64,000 nucleotides of DNA. Origin: an uncultured Chloroflexia bacterium. Lineage in GTDB: Bacteria; Chloroflexota; Limnocylindria; Limnocylindrales; CSP1-4. The notes beneath the pieces were generated by a model that was not told where the DNA came from, made no database searches, and saw nothing but the letters and a program-made list of their open reading frames with translations. The stretch is from the NCBI GenBank assembly GCA_963813335.1, contig CAWEYL010000003.1, positions 512,001-576,000 on the forward strand. Reading direction: 5' to 3'. Positions 31,080 through 41,954 of the stretch are shown one piece after another. Each line of letters begins with the position of its first letter. Within the stretch, counting starts at the first letter, position 1. A program made the translations under genes and the position numbers.

Positions 31080-32590
31080 GCCGCGCTCGAAGTGGTCGTG
31101 CCGAACGCTGCACCCACGATCGCCTCCTCCGTCATGTCCGGACCCGACAGCTCCGCGACGAGGCGCCCGGCGCGCATCACGAGCACCCGATGCGCCAGCC
31201 CGAGGATCTCCTCGACCTCGTTGGAGATGAGCAGGATCGCCAGCCCGTCCGCGGCGAGCTTGACCAGGACCTCGTAGATGTCCCGCTTGGCCCCGACGTC
31301 GATCCCGCGGGTCGGCTCGTCCGCGAGGAGCACACCCGGGTCGATCAGCAGCGACCGGGCGAACAGGAGCTTCTGCTGGTTGCCGCCGGACAGCGATCCG
31401 GCCGGCGCGTCGACGAGGTCGGTCCCGTCCACCCGCGCGAGCGCGGCACGCACCTCGGCACGCTCCGGGCCGCGCCGGACGAACCCGAGGCGCTGGAAGC
31501 GCTCCAGGCTGGTGAGGCTGACGTTCTCGCGGATCGGGCGGCGGAGGATCAGCCCATCGTCCTTGCGCGACTCCGGGATCATCGCCACGCCGGCCTTGAT
31601 CGACGCGGCCGGCTGCCCGCCGAGCGGCTCGCCGCGCACGAGGACTCGTCCGGCGGTGACGGGGTCCGCCCCGTAGATCGCGCGGGCGAGCTCCGAGCGC
31701 CCCGCACCGATCAGGCCGGCCAGGCCCACGATCTCGCCGGCTCGCAGGGTCAGCGACACGTCGGCGACGCCGAGGGCCGTCAGGCCGTCGATGGTGATCG
31801 CGACCGGGGCATCGGGCGGCGGCGGCTGCTTCGGTGGATACGTCCGACTGGCCGGCCGGCCGAGCATCCCGGTGACGAGGCTCGCCTCGGTCTCGTCGGC
31901 GGTCGGCCCGGTCCGCACGACGCGCCCGTCGCGCAGGACGGTGACGACATCGGACAGGTCGAGCACCTCGCCGAGGAAGTGCGAGACGAGGATGACCGTG
32001 TGCCCGCGCGCGCGGAGCGTGCGCACGACCTCGTGCAGCCGCTCCATCTCCGTCGCCGACAGGCTGGCCGTCGGCTCGTCGAAGACGATCAGGTCGGCGT
32101 CCCGGGCCAGGGCGCGGAGGATCTCGACCTGCTGCTGCTGGGCGAGCGGCAGCCGGCCGACGATCGACCCTGCCCTGATCTCGAAGCCCGCCTCCGCGAC
32201 GAGCCGGTCGAAGCGGTCCCGGAGGGTGCCCCGCTCGATGAAGCCGGCTCGCTTGGGCTCGGCTCCGAGGAAGACGTTCTCGGCGGCGGTCAGCCTGGGG
32301 ACCAGGGCGACCTCCTGGGCGACGAGGGCGATGCCCTGGGTCAGGGCCTCCCGGGGGGAGCGGAACGAGACGGTCTGCCCGCGCAGGACCAGGTCGCCCT
32401 GGTCCTGCGGGAAGACGCCGGCGATGATCTTGCCGAGCGTCGACTTGCCGGCGCCGTTCTCGCCGACGAACGCGTGGACCGTGCCGGCCCGGACCGCCAC
32501 CGAGACCTCGTCGAGGGCTCGGGTCGCCCCGAAGGACTTGCCGAGCCCGCGAACGTCGAGGTGGGTGGCGTCGCTGGCCGCGGTGGCCAT
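31076..32590 (-). CDS. Sugar ABC ATPase (RbsA-like)
   Basis: GENGAGKST, LSGGNQQK and DEPTRGIDVGAK motifs. Confidence 0.92.
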   Translation of the reverse strand: MATAASDATHLDVRGLGKSFGATRALDEVSVAVRAGTVHAFVGENGAGKSTLGKIIAGVFPQDQGDLVLRGQTVSFRSPREALTQGIALVAQEVALVPRLTAAENVFLGAEPKRAGFIERGTLRDRFDRLVAEAGFEIRAGSIVGRLPLAQQQQVEILRALARDADLIVFDEPTASLSATEMERLHEVVRTLRARGHTVILVSHFLGEVLDLSDVVTVLRDGRVVRTGPTADETEASLVTGMLGRPASRTYPPKQPPPPDAPVAITIDGLTALGVADVSLTLRAGEIVGLAGLIGAGRSELARAIYGADPVTAGRVLVRGEPLGGQPAASIKAGVAMIPESRKDDGLILRRPIRENVSLTSLERFQRLGFVRRGPERAEVRAALARVDGTDLVDAPAGSLSGGNQQKLLFARSLLIDPGVLLADEPTRGIDVGAKRDIYEVLVKLAADGLAILLISNEVEEILGLAHRVLVMRAGRLVAELSGPDMTEEAIVGAAFGTTTSSAA

Positions 32591-32614
32591 CGCGTCAGTC
32601 GACCTGGTCGGATC

Positions 32615-33703
32615 TCAGCCCGGCCACTCCGCGAGCGGCAGGAAGTGATCGACGTTGGCCTTGGTGACGACGCCGCCGTCCTGCAGCGATGCGAGCGGGT
32701 CGACGCCCGGGGCGGGCGTACCCGTCCGGATCGCCTGGATGAGCTGCGTCGTGCCCTGGCCGCCCTCGGTGGCCGGCATCTGCATGACGGTCCCGAAACG
32801 CTCGCCGGACGCGATGCCCTGGAGCGCGATCGTGCCGCCGCCGTAGCCGACGAGGCGGACCTTGTCCTTGATGTCCTTGACCGCGACGACCGCACCGGTG
32901 ATGGCCTGGTCGGCGCTGACGATGACCGAGACGTCCGGGTGGGCCGCGACGATGTCCTGCGACGCCTTCAGGCCGAGGGCCGTCGTGTAGAAGGACTCGC
33001 CCGTGTCGGACACGACCTTGATCTCGGGGTGGCTCGCGATCGCCGTGTCGAACGCGGCCTTGAGGGCCTGGTCCAGCGCGGCGGCCTTGACCGACCAGAT
33101 GTAGCCGATGTTGCAGGGGTTGGCCTTGAGGTCGGCGCAGGCGGTGACCACGAGCTCGCCGATCTTGCGTCCGAGCTCGCTCGGGACGAAGGCGACGTTC
33201 GCGCTCAGCCCGGGGACCTGCGAGTTCGGGGTGGTCATGTCGGAGCCGAGCACCTGGTCGATGTTGCCGACGGCGATGCCGGCGGCGATCGCCTTCTTGA
33301 CGTCCTCGACGAGCCCGGCGCCGTAGAGCGGCTGGGTGATGATCGCGTCGTACTTGCCGGACGCGGTCGCGTCCTGGAGCTGCTTGGTCTGGGCGGCCGG
33401 GTCGAGGTTCGCGTCGAAGACGGTCAGCTTGGCGTTGCCGGCGGCCGCGGCGGCCTGGGCGGCCGCGAGCATCGGGGCGTCGTAGCTGTTGGCCACGGCG
33501 AACGAGAGATAGGCGATCTCGAGGGTCTTGGCCGGCGCCGAGGCGCTGGCGGCCTCGCTGGGCGCCGCGACGCTCGGCGCGGTCGTCGGTGCGGCGCTCG
33601 GCGCCGTCGAGGCGGCCGGGCTGCTGCAGGCTGCGGCGATGACGATGACTCCGAACAAGCCCAGCAGGCGTCCCCGCCCGGGCTGGCCGTTTGGTGCGCG
33701 CAT
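32615..33703 (-). CDS. Sugar-type ABC substrate-binding lipoprotein
   Basis: Lipobox AAAC, Ser/Ala/Pro linker, Peripla_BP_4-like pattern. Confidence 0.88.
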   Translation of the reverse strand: MRAPNGQPGRGRLLGLFGVIVIAAACSSPAASTAPSAAPTTAPSVAAPSEAASASAPAKTLEIAYLSFAVANSYDAPMLAAAQAAAAAGNAKLTVFDANLDPAAQTKQLQDATASGKYDAIITQPLYGAGLVEDVKKAIAAGIAVGNIDQVLGSDMTTPNSQVPGLSANVAFVPSELGRKIGELVVTACADLKANPCNIGYIWSVKAAALDQALKAAFDTAIASHPEIKVVSDTGESFYTTALGLKASQDIVAAHPDVSVIVSADQAITGAVVAVKDIKDKVRLVGYGGGTIALQGIASGERFGTVMQMPATEGGQGTTQLIQAIRTGTPAPGVDPLASLQDGGVVTKANVDHFLPLAEWPG

Positions 33704-33745
33704 GTGTCCTCCTCCACCGATCCAGGCGCCTCGGCGCTGCGGCGG

Positions 33746-33923
33746 AGTGTGCAGAGCCGGTTAACAGGTGTCAAGCCACATTGCAAGATTGTGGAGTGGT
33801 GTCGATCATCTGTTCGCTGCCGTTGTCGGCGTGGTCGCGTGCTCGGATGCGACCGGAACGACACTGAACACGCCACCGCGGCGCTCCCACCGGACTTGCG
33901 CGGCCGGACCGGCTGTGTAGCAT
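33746..33923. promoter_or_regulatory. Divergent promoter region
   Basis: Minus strand TTGACA-N17-CACACT (33774-33746); plus strand TTGCGC-N16-TAGCAT with TG extension; palindrome CCACA-N9-TGTGG. Confidence 0.5.
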
Positions 33924-33990
33924 GGATGAACACTTCGGCCCTCCTGCACGGATCCGTCGATCCGGCGTTCGACCGCACTGGGGTACTGCG

Positions 33991-35229
33991 ATGACCCGAT
34001 CCTTTGCTTCGCCGGGTTCGATGAACGTCGACTGGGAGGAGCGCTGGAACGTCGACCGGCTCCGCACCTACCGGCTGGGACGCGCCCGCGCGGCGCTCGC
34101 GGCCTCGGAGGTGGGCGCGGTCCTGCTGTTCGACTTCAACAACATCCGCTACGTCACCAGCACCCACATCGGCGAGTGGGCGCGCGACAAGATGACCCGC
34201 TACGCCCTGCTGACCCGCGGCGGCGATCCGCACATCTGGGACTTCGGCTCGGCCGCCAGGCACCACCGGCTCAACTGCCCGTGGATGCGGCCGGAGAACA
34301 TCCACGCCGGGATGATCGGGCTGCGCGGGGCGGTCGCCCCGGACGCCGGCCTGTTCCGCGCCGCCGCGAAGGAGATCGCCCGGATCCTCAAGGACGAGGG
34401 CGCGGCCGACATGCCCATCGGCGTCGATATCGTGGAACCGCCGATGCTGGCGGCCCTCGCCGAGGAGGGCGTCAGGGTGCTCGACGGCCAGCAGGTGATG
34501 CTCGACGCCCGCGAGGTCAAGTCGATCGACGAGATCATCCTGCTCAACACCGCCTGCGCGATGGTCGACGGGGCGTACCAGATGCTCGCCGAGCAGCTCA
34601 AGCCGGGCGTCCGCGAGAGCGAGCTGGTGGCGAACGTCACGAAGGCGCTCTTCGACATGGGCTCGGAGCACGTCGACAACATCAACGCCGTGTCGGGCGA
34701 GCGCTGCAGCCCGCACCCGCACGTCTTCAGCGACCGGATCATCCGCCCGGGCGACCAGGCCTTCTTCGACATCATCCACACCTTCGTCGGCTACAAGACC
34801 TGCTACTACCGGACGTTCGTGGTGGGCAAGGGCACGGACCCGCAGCGCGACGCCTACAAGCAGGCCCGCGAATGGATCGACGCCTCGATCGAGCTGATGC
34901 GCCCGGGCGTGACCACGGACCAGGTCGCGAAGGTCTGGCCGAAGGCCCAGGAGTTCGGCTTCGACAACGAGATGGAGTGCTTCGGGCTGCAGTTCGGCCA
35001 CAGCGTCGGGCTGTTCCTCCACGAGCGGCCGATCATCAGCCGGCTCAACTCGATCGAGCACCCGGTCGAGCTGAAGGAGGGCATGGTCATCGCGCTCGAG
35101 ACCTACTGCCCGGCCAAGGACGGCGTGTCCGCCGCCCGCATCGAGGAGGAGGTCGTGATCACCGCCGACGGCCCGGTCGTCATCACCAAGTTCCCGTCGG
35201 ACGAGCTGTTCGTCGCCAACGCGTACTAG
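33991..35229 (+). CDS. M24 (Xaa-Pro peptidase/creatinase fold) protein
   Basis: FNNIRY, GHSVGLFLHERP, ALETY and RIEEEV motifs. Confidence 0.85.
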   Translation: MTRSFASPGSMNVDWEERWNVDRLRTYRLGRARAALAASEVGAVLLFDFNNIRYVTSTHIGEWARDKMTRYALLTRGGDPHIWDFGSAARHHRLNCPWMRPENIHAGMIGLRGAVAPDAGLFRAAAKEIARILKDEGAADMPIGVDIVEPPMLAALAEEGVRVLDGQQVMLDAREVKSIDEIILLNTACAMVDGAYQMLAEQLKPGVRESELVANVTKALFDMGSEHVDNINAVSGERCSPHPHVFSDRIIRPGDQAFFDIIHTFVGYKTCYYRTFVVGKGTDPQRDAYKQAREWIDASIELMRPGVTTDQVAKVWPKAQEFGFDNEMECFGLQFGHSVGLFLHERPIISRLNSIEHPVELKEGMVIALETYCPAKDGVSAARIEEEVVITADGPVVITKFPSDELFVANAY

Positions 35230-35242
35230 GAGCGTCGACCCG

Positions 35243-36243
35243 ATGGCGACCACCGCGCCCGACATCGAGCGGGCCACCCAGCTGCGGATGTACCGGACGA
35301 TGCAGGAGTGCCGGCTGTTCGAGGTCCGCGCCCAGGAGCTGTTCTTCGAGGGCCTGGTCCGGGGCACGACCCATCTCGGCGTCGGGCAGGAGGCGGTGGC
35401 GGCCGGCGTGGCCGCGGCGATGCGCGACGACGACTACACGTTCTGCACCTACCGCGGCCACAACCACACGCTCGCCCGGGGCGTGCCGATGGCGCCGATC
35501 TTCGCCGAGCTCTTCGGTCGCGGGACGGGGCTCCTCGGCGGCAAGGGCGGGTCGATGCACCTGACCAGCGTCGAGCACCACGCGATGGGCTCGTACGCGA
35601 TCGTCGGCGCGCACCTGCCGATCGCGCTGGGCGCCGCGTGGTCCGCGCAGTACCGCAAGTCCGGGCCAGGTCGCGGTCTGCTTCTTCGGCGACGGCACCA
35701 CCAACATCGGCGCGTTCCACGAGGCCCTCAACATGGCCGCGGTCTGGAAGGCCCCGGTGGTGTTCGTCTGCGAGAACAACCAGTACATGGAGTACACCGC
35801 CATCGGCGACGTCACGGCCGTGCCGCGGCCCGCCGCGGACCGGGCGAGCGCCTACGGCCTCGAGCCGATCGTCGTGGACGGCAACGACGTCGAGGCGGTC
35901 CACCGGGTGGCGCGGACCGCGGTCGACCGGGCGCGCGCCGGCGATGGGCCGTCGCTCATCGAGGCCATCACCTACCGCCACGGCGGCCACTCGCGCGCCG
36001 ACCCCGGCAAGTACCGGCCCGACGACGAGGTCGCCGCGTGGAAGGCGCGCGACCCCATCCCGGCCTACCGCGCGCAGCTGCTCGGCGAGGGCGCCGACGG
36101 GGCCGGCCTGGACGCCATCGACGCGGCCGCGGCCGACGCCGTCGCCGCTGCCGAGGCGATCGCCCGGGCGGCACCCGAGCCCAGCCCCGGACGTGCTGGA
36201 GACCCAGGTCTGGGCGGACGGAGGCTCGTCATGGCGGAATTGA
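35243..36243 (+). CDS. ThDP-dependent dehydrogenase E1 alpha (AcoA/PdhA-like; two frameshifts)
   Basis: GQEA, TYRGH, GKGGSMH, FFGDG...ENN and TYRHGGHS motifs. Confidence 0.88.
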
Positions 36244-37217
36244 CGTACCGCGCGGCGTTCGCCGCGGCGATCGCCCAGGAGATGGAGCGCGACCCGAGCG
36301 TCGTGCTCATCGGCGAGGACGTCGGCGCGGCCGGTGGCGTGTTCAAGCTGACCGAGGGCCTGTACGGGCGGTTCGGCGGCGAGCGCGTCCGCGACACGCC
36401 GATCAGCGAGCAGGCCATCGTCGGCGCGGCGATGGGCGCGGCGATGACCGGGCTGCGGCCGATCGCCGAGCTCATGTTCAGCGACTTCTTCGCGGTCGCC
36501 TGGGACATGGTCGCCAACCAGATCGCCAAGACCCGCTACATGACCGACGGCCAGGTCTCGCTGCCGCTGGTGCTCCACACCGCCAACGGGGCGGGCCTCC
36601 GCTTCGGCGCGCAGCACAGCCAGAGCGTCGAGAACTGGGCGATGGCGATCCCCGGGCTCAAGGTCGTCGCGCCGTCGACGCCGGCCGACGTGATGGGCCT
36701 GATGGCGGCCTCGATCCGCGACCCCGACCCGGTGGTCTTCTGCGCCTCGAAGGCGCTCCTCGCGACCAAGGGCGAGGTCCCCGACGGGGAGCACGTCGAC
36801 ACGCTCGGGACCGCGCGGGTCGTCCGCGCGGGCTCGGACGCCACGATCCTCGCGCTCGCCGCGATGGTGCCCAAGTCGATCGAGGCGGCCGACCGGCTCG
36901 CCGCCGAGCACGGCCTCGACATCGAGGTGATCGACCTGCGCTCGCTGGTGCCGCTCGACACCGCGACCATCCTCGCCTCGGTCAAGAAGACCAGCCGCGT
37001 GTTCACGGTCGAGGAGAACCCGCGCCTGTGCGGCTGGGGCGCCGAGATCGCCTCGATCATCGCGGACGACGGCTTCTACAGCCTCGACGCGCCGATCGTG
37101 CGGATCACCACCCCGCACATCCCGCTGCCGTCGGCGGCGGCCCTCGAGGACCTCGCGGTGCCGTCGGTCGAGCGCATCGCCGAGACCGTCAAGAGGCGAC
37201 TGGATGACGCCGCCTGA
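36231..37217 (+). CDS. ThDP-dependent dehydrogenase E1 beta
   Basis: GEDVG, DTPISE, QHSQ and IDLRSL motifs. Confidence 0.9.
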   Translation: MAELTYRAAFAAAIAQEMERDPSVVLIGEDVGAAGGVFKLTEGLYGRFGGERVRDTPISEQAIVGAAMGAAMTGLRPIAELMFSDFFAVAWDMVANQIAKTRYMTDGQVSLPLVLHTANGAGLRFGAQHSQSVENWAMAIPGLKVVAPSTPADVMGLMAASIRDPDPVVFCASKALLATKGEVPDGEHVDTLGTARVVRAGSDATILALAAMVPKSIEAADRLAAEHGLDIEVIDLRSLVPLDTATILASVKKTSRVFTVEENPRLCGWGAEIASIIADDGFYSLDAPIVRITTPHIPLPSAAALEDLAVPSVERIAETVKRRLDDAA

Positions 37218-38113
37218 CGGCCGACCCACCGTCGGGCTCCTCGGCTGCGGCCGGATGGGCTCGGCCATGGCCCGCGCGCTGGCCGCCGGCGGGTACGAGG
37301 TCGTGGCCTGGAACCGCTCGCCCGGACCGGCGGCCGAGCTGGCCGCGCGCGATCGGCGGGCGGGCCGTCGCGACGCCGGCCGACGTCGCCCGCGCGGCCG
37401 ACGTCTGCGTCTCGATGCTCGCCGACGGCGCGGCCGTGGACGCGGTCTACGGCGGCCCGGACGGGCTGCTGGCCGGGGCGCATCCCGGGAGCGTCTTCGC
37501 GGATGCCTCGACCGTGGCGCCGGCCACGCTGCGTGCCCATGCCGCCGCGGCGGCGGCCGCGGGAGCCGGCCTCCTGGACACGCCGGTCTCGGGCAGCGTC
37601 GGGCTCGCCCAGAGCGGCACGCTGACGATCATGGTGGGCGGGGATGCCGCGGACCTGGCGCGGGCGCGGCCCGTGCTCGACACCCTGGCCGCGACCGTCT
37701 TCCACATCGGCCCGCTGGGCACCGGCGCGGCGATGAAGCTCGCGGTGAACACCGTGATCTTCGGGCTCAACCAGGCGGTCGCGGAGAGCGTCCGCCTCGC
37801 GGAGGCCGCCGGCATCGACCGGCCGGCCGCGTACGACGTCCTCGCCGTCAGCGCCGTCGGGGCGCCGTACCTCGGCTACAAGCGGGACGCCTTCCTCGAG
37901 CCGGACACGACCCCGGTCGCGTTCTCGCTCGACCTGGCCGCCAAGGACCTGCGGCTCATCGCCGACCTCGCGGCAGCGGTCGGCGTCGAGCTGCCGCAGG
38001 CCGGCACGAACCTCGCCGCGATCGAATCGGCCGCCGCGTCGGGCGGCGGCGACCGCGACTTCTCGGCCGTGATGCGGCCCACCGTCGTCGGAAGCAAAGG
38101 AGGACCGGGCTGA
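37204..38113 (+). CDS. Beta-hydroxyacid dehydrogenase (HIBADH-like; frameshift near 37350)
   Basis: GCGRMG, DTPVSG, MKLAVN and KDL motifs. Confidence 0.85.
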
Positions 38114-38189
38114 CCGACCACTTGGCAGGGGCCGGCCGGCCCGTCGACCGAGCACACGCGATCGTCGAAGCAGCACAGAGGAGGCCGCA

Positions 38190-39584
38190 ATGAGCGAACG
38201 AACGCTGATCAAGGATGCCATCGTCCTCACGGTCGACCCCGACATCGGGGAGTTGCCGCGCGCGAGCATCCTCGTCGAGGACGGCAAGATCGCAGCCGTC
38301 GGTCCGGACGTGACCGCCGCCGACGCGAGGGTCATCGACGCGGCCGGCGACATCGTCATCCCGGGTTTCGTCGACACCCACCGGCACACCTGGGAGACGT
38401 CGATCCGGACCTGCGCCCCGGACTTCGCGCTGATCACCTACTTCGGGTCGATCCTCGACAAGTTCGCCCCGCACTACCGCCCCGACGACGTGCTGGCCGC
38501 GAACCGCTGGGGTGCGCTCGAGTGCCTCAACGCGGGGATCACCACGCTCGTCGACTGGTCGCACATCATGAACACGCCGGATCACGCGGACGCGGCGATC
38601 CACGGCCTCCAGGACACGGGCATCCGGTCGGTCTTCGCGTACGGGTTCGGGAACACCTCGCTCGTCGACTGGTGGTTCGGGCCCGACTACACGGGCAGCG
38701 TGCTGACCTCCGACGGCGCCGACGCCCGCCGCCTGCGCAAGCAGTACTTCAGCTCCGACGACCAGCTCGTGACGATGGCCCTCGCCACGCGCGGCACCGG
38801 GTTCTGCAAGCCGGACGTCGTCCGCCACGACTGGGAGCTGGCCAAGGAGCTCGACCTCAACATCACGGTCCACGTCGCCATGGACCGGTTCGGCTACACG
38901 AAGCTCCAGGTCCTCGCGCTGCGCGACATGGACCTGCTGTACCCGAACACGACCTACGTCCATGCCTCGCACTTCACCGACGAGGAGTGGGCGCTCGTCC
39001 GCGACTCCGGCGGGAACGTGTCCTTCGCCCCGCAGATCGAGGTCCAGATGGGCCACGGCTGGGCGCCCGCGGTGACCGCCCTCGCGTACGACGTGCCCAT
39101 CGGCCTGTCGTCCGACGTCGCCACCACCGCCCCGTCCGACCAGTTCACGCAGATGCGCTCGATCTTCGGCTCGGAGCGCGGCCGCAAGCACCAGGAGGCC
39201 TGGGACGCCGACCTCGACGGGCTCCAGGCGTCGCCCGGGCTCATCACCTCACGGCAGGTCCTGGAGTGGGCGACGCTCGGTGGCGCGAAGGTCGCCGGCA
39301 TCGCCGACCGGACCGGGTCGATCACGCCCGGCAAGCAGGCCGACCTCGTGATCATCGACGGGTCCGCCGTGAACGTGGCACCGGTCATCGACCCGGTGGG
39401 CGCGGTCGTCTGCGCCGCGGACGTCTCGAACGTCAAGACCGTCCTGGTCGGGGGCAACGCCCTCAAGGAGGACTTCCGGCTGAAGGCCTCGCTGGCCGCC
39501 CCGCGCAAGGACGTCGAGGCCAGCCGCGATTACCTCCTCGGGAAGTTCGGCGACCCGGAACCGGGCTGGCTCGCGCCCGCCTGA
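38190..39584 (+). CDS. Metal-dependent amidohydrolase (deaminase/chlorohydrolase-like)
   Basis: PGFVDTHRH, ITVH, YVHA, LSSD and GKQADLV motifs. Confidence 0.88.
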   Translation: MSERTLIKDAIVLTVDPDIGELPRASILVEDGKIAAVGPDVTAADARVIDAAGDIVIPGFVDTHRHTWETSIRTCAPDFALITYFGSILDKFAPHYRPDDVLAANRWGALECLNAGITTLVDWSHIMNTPDHADAAIHGLQDTGIRSVFAYGFGNTSLVDWWFGPDYTGSVLTSDGADARRLRKQYFSSDDQLVTMALATRGTGFCKPDVVRHDWELAKELDLNITVHVAMDRFGYTKLQVLALRDMDLLYPNTTYVHASHFTDEEWALVRDSGGNVSFAPQIEVQMGHGWAPAVTALAYDVPIGLSSDVATTAPSDQFTQMRSIFGSERGRKHQEAWDADLDGLQASPGLITSRQVLEWATLGGAKVAGIADRTGSITPGKQADLVIIDGSAVNVAPVIDPVGAVVCAADVSNVKTVLVGGNALKEDFRLKASLAAPRKDVEASRDYLLGKFGDPEPGWLAPA

Positions 39585-39606
39585 CCCCTCGCCCCCAGCG
39601 CCACGG

Positions 39607-39628
39607 GAGCCCGGCCTCGGCCGGGCTC
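39607..39628. terminator. Hairpin between convergent operons
   Basis: Inverted repeat GAGCCCGGCC / GGCCGGGCTC. Confidence 0.5.
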
Positions 39629-39634
39629 TCGGCG

Positions 39635-40486
39635 TTACGGGCCCGGCACGCTCCAGTCGATCCGCATCGACGCGCGGAGGATGCCGCCCGCTTCGAGGAT
39701 CGCGAGACCCGTCCTGGGCGCCTCGGCCTCCCCGCCGGCCAGCGCGTTCGGCCAGGCGGTCTGCGGTTCGACGCAGAACGCATGCGGCGGGGTGTAGACG
39801 ACCACCGAGCTCACCGGCGCGTCCCAGGAGATCCGCAGCTCCAGGTCCGGGAACGTCGCGACCGCGGGCGAGCGCGGGTCGACGTAGGCGTGGTCGACGT
39901 GGCGGCCGGCGATGGGCCGGCCCGGCCGCAGGTCGGTCATGCCGCGGACCGGGATCCGCTGGCCGGTCGGGATCAGGCCGCGCGTCTGCAGGACCTCGTC
40001 GGCATCGACGCGCAGCCGCGGCCCCGGCGCCTCGCGGCGGAACCACGGGTGCCAGCCGAGCGCGGCCGGCATCCGCCGCTCGGCCTCCACCTCGGCCTCG
40101 ATGTGCACGCCCGACGCCCCGAGGCGGAACCGCTGCCGGGCGACGCCGCCGAACGGCCAGCCGGCCGGGCCGAGGTCGCACGACAGCTCGGCCAGGTCCC
40201 CGTCGACGCGTGTGGCGGTCCAGGACCGGTCGAAGACGACGCCGTGGATCGCGTGCCGGCCGAGCGTCGGCGGCATGACGTAGCGCCGCCCGTCAAAGTC
40301 GAAGATGCCGTTCTCGAGGCGGCCCACCCAGGGTGCCATCAGGAAGCTGCCCCACTCGATCGAGCGGTCGGTCGCGTCCGGCGGCCCGACGAGGATCTCG
40401 CGCTCGCCGAGGCGCAGCGACGACAGCCGGCCGCCGCGATCGAGGTCGATGCCGAGCCGCGCGCTCCCCGCGACGAGGCCGATCAC
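39635..40486 (-). CDS. Aldose 1-epimerase family protein
   Basis: MAPWVGR, HAIHG, GWHPWF and CVEPQ motifs. Confidence 0.85.
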   Translation of the reverse strand: MIGLVAGSARLGIDLDRGGRLSSLRLGEREILVGPPDATDRSIEWGSFLMAPWVGRLENGIFDFDGRRYVMPPTLGRHAIHGVVFDRSWTATRVDGDLAELSCDLGPAGWPFGGVARQRFRLGASGVHIEAEVEAERRMPAALGWHPWFRREAPGPRLRVDADEVLQTRGLIPTGQRIPVRGMTDLRPGRPIAGRHVDHAYVDPRSPAVATFPDLELRISWDAPVSSVVVYTPPHAFCVEPQTAWPNALAGGEAEAPRTGLAILEAGGILRASMRIDWSVPGP

Positions 40487-41938
40487 GACCCGTGGGCCGG
40501 GGCGGCTGCCGCGAGCTCGATCGCGCCGCGGAAGGCGGCGATGCGGTCGCGCCGCTCGGCGTCCAGCGGCAGCGGATCCAGCAGCGTGCCGGCGCTGGTC
40601 CCCCAGCGGCGGGCGATCGCGGCCGGGTCCTCGTCGCGCCAGGCGGCGGTCGCCTGGACGGCGGCACCGATGGCCACCAGCTCGTCCGCGTCCGGGATCA
40701 GCACCGGTCGGCCGGAGAGGCGGCGCACGACGTCGACCCAGGTGCGGCCGCGCGACCCGCCGCCGACCAGCATCAGCGGCGCGGCGTCGTCGAGCCCGCC
40801 CACGGCGGTCCCGATCGCGTCGAGCGCCTCCAGCAGCGCCGCGGCGGCGCCCTCGTAGGTCGCCATCAGGATCTGCTGCGGCGTCGACGTGTGGCGGAGG
40901 CCGAGGATCGTGCCGGACGCCCCGGGCAGGTCCGGCGTGCGCTCGCCGTCGAGGTACGGGTAGACGACCACCGAGCCAGCCGGCGCGACGTCGTCGCGGT
41001 CGAGCCCGAGCCAGGCGGCGGTGCGGTCGACCGCGAGGGTGCAATTCAGGGTGCAGGCGAGCGGCAGGAAGCGACCCGAGGCGTCGGCGAAGCCGGCGAC
41101 GACCCCGCTCGGGTCGGCGGTGGGCCGCTCGGAGACCGCGAAGATCGTGCCCGACGTCCCGAGGCTCATCGCCGTCTGGCCGACGCCGAGCCCGAGGCCG
41201 AGGGCGGCGCCCATGTTGTCGCCGGTGCCGGGGCCGACCACCGTGCCGCGCGGCAGGCCAGTCTCGTCCACGACGGCGGCGGCCACCTCGCCGGCCGGCT
41301 CGCGCGGACCGAGGAGCCGCGGCAGCAGGCCGGCCGGCAGGGCCACGGCCGGGTGGTCGAGGATCTCCGGCTCGTAGGCGCCGCTGGTGGGCGACCACCA
41401 GCCCGTGCCGGAGGCGTCGCCGCGGTCCGTGGCGGCCGTGCCGGTCAGGCGACCGGTGATGTAGTCGTGCGGGAGCTGGACGGCCGCGGCCGCCGCGGCC
41501 GTCGCCGGCTCGGTGCGACGCAGCCAGGCCCACTTCGAGACCGTGAACGAGGCGTTGGGACGGAGGCCCGTCAGTCGCGCCCAGCGCTCTGCGCCCAGCT
41601 CGGCGGTCAGGCGCTCCGCGTCCGGCGCGGCACGCGTGTCGTTCCAGAGCGACGCATCCCGCAGCGGCGTCGCCGGCGGCGTCGAGGACGACCAGGCCGT
41701 GCTGCTGGCCCGCCACGGAGATCGCGCCGACATCGGCGGCCCGGCCGGTCTCCGCGAGCGCGTCGCGGACGGCGGCCCACCAGCCGCGCGGGTCGGACTC
41801 GCGGGCGCCGTCCGTGCCGGTGACGACGTGCGGTGCCTGCCCGCGCGCGACGACCGCGCCCGAGTCGGGATCGATCAGCAGGATCTTGGTCGACTGGGTC
41901 GAGCAATCGACCCCGGCGACGAGCCGTCCACCCGTCAC
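40483..41938 (-). CDS. xylB: Xylulokinase/FGGY kinase (frameshift near 41670)
   Basis: GVDCSTQSTK, GQQHG, LWND, DASGT, GTGDN and GERTP motifs. Confidence 0.85.
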
Positions 41939-41954
41939 GTGCGTCCCTTCCGCG

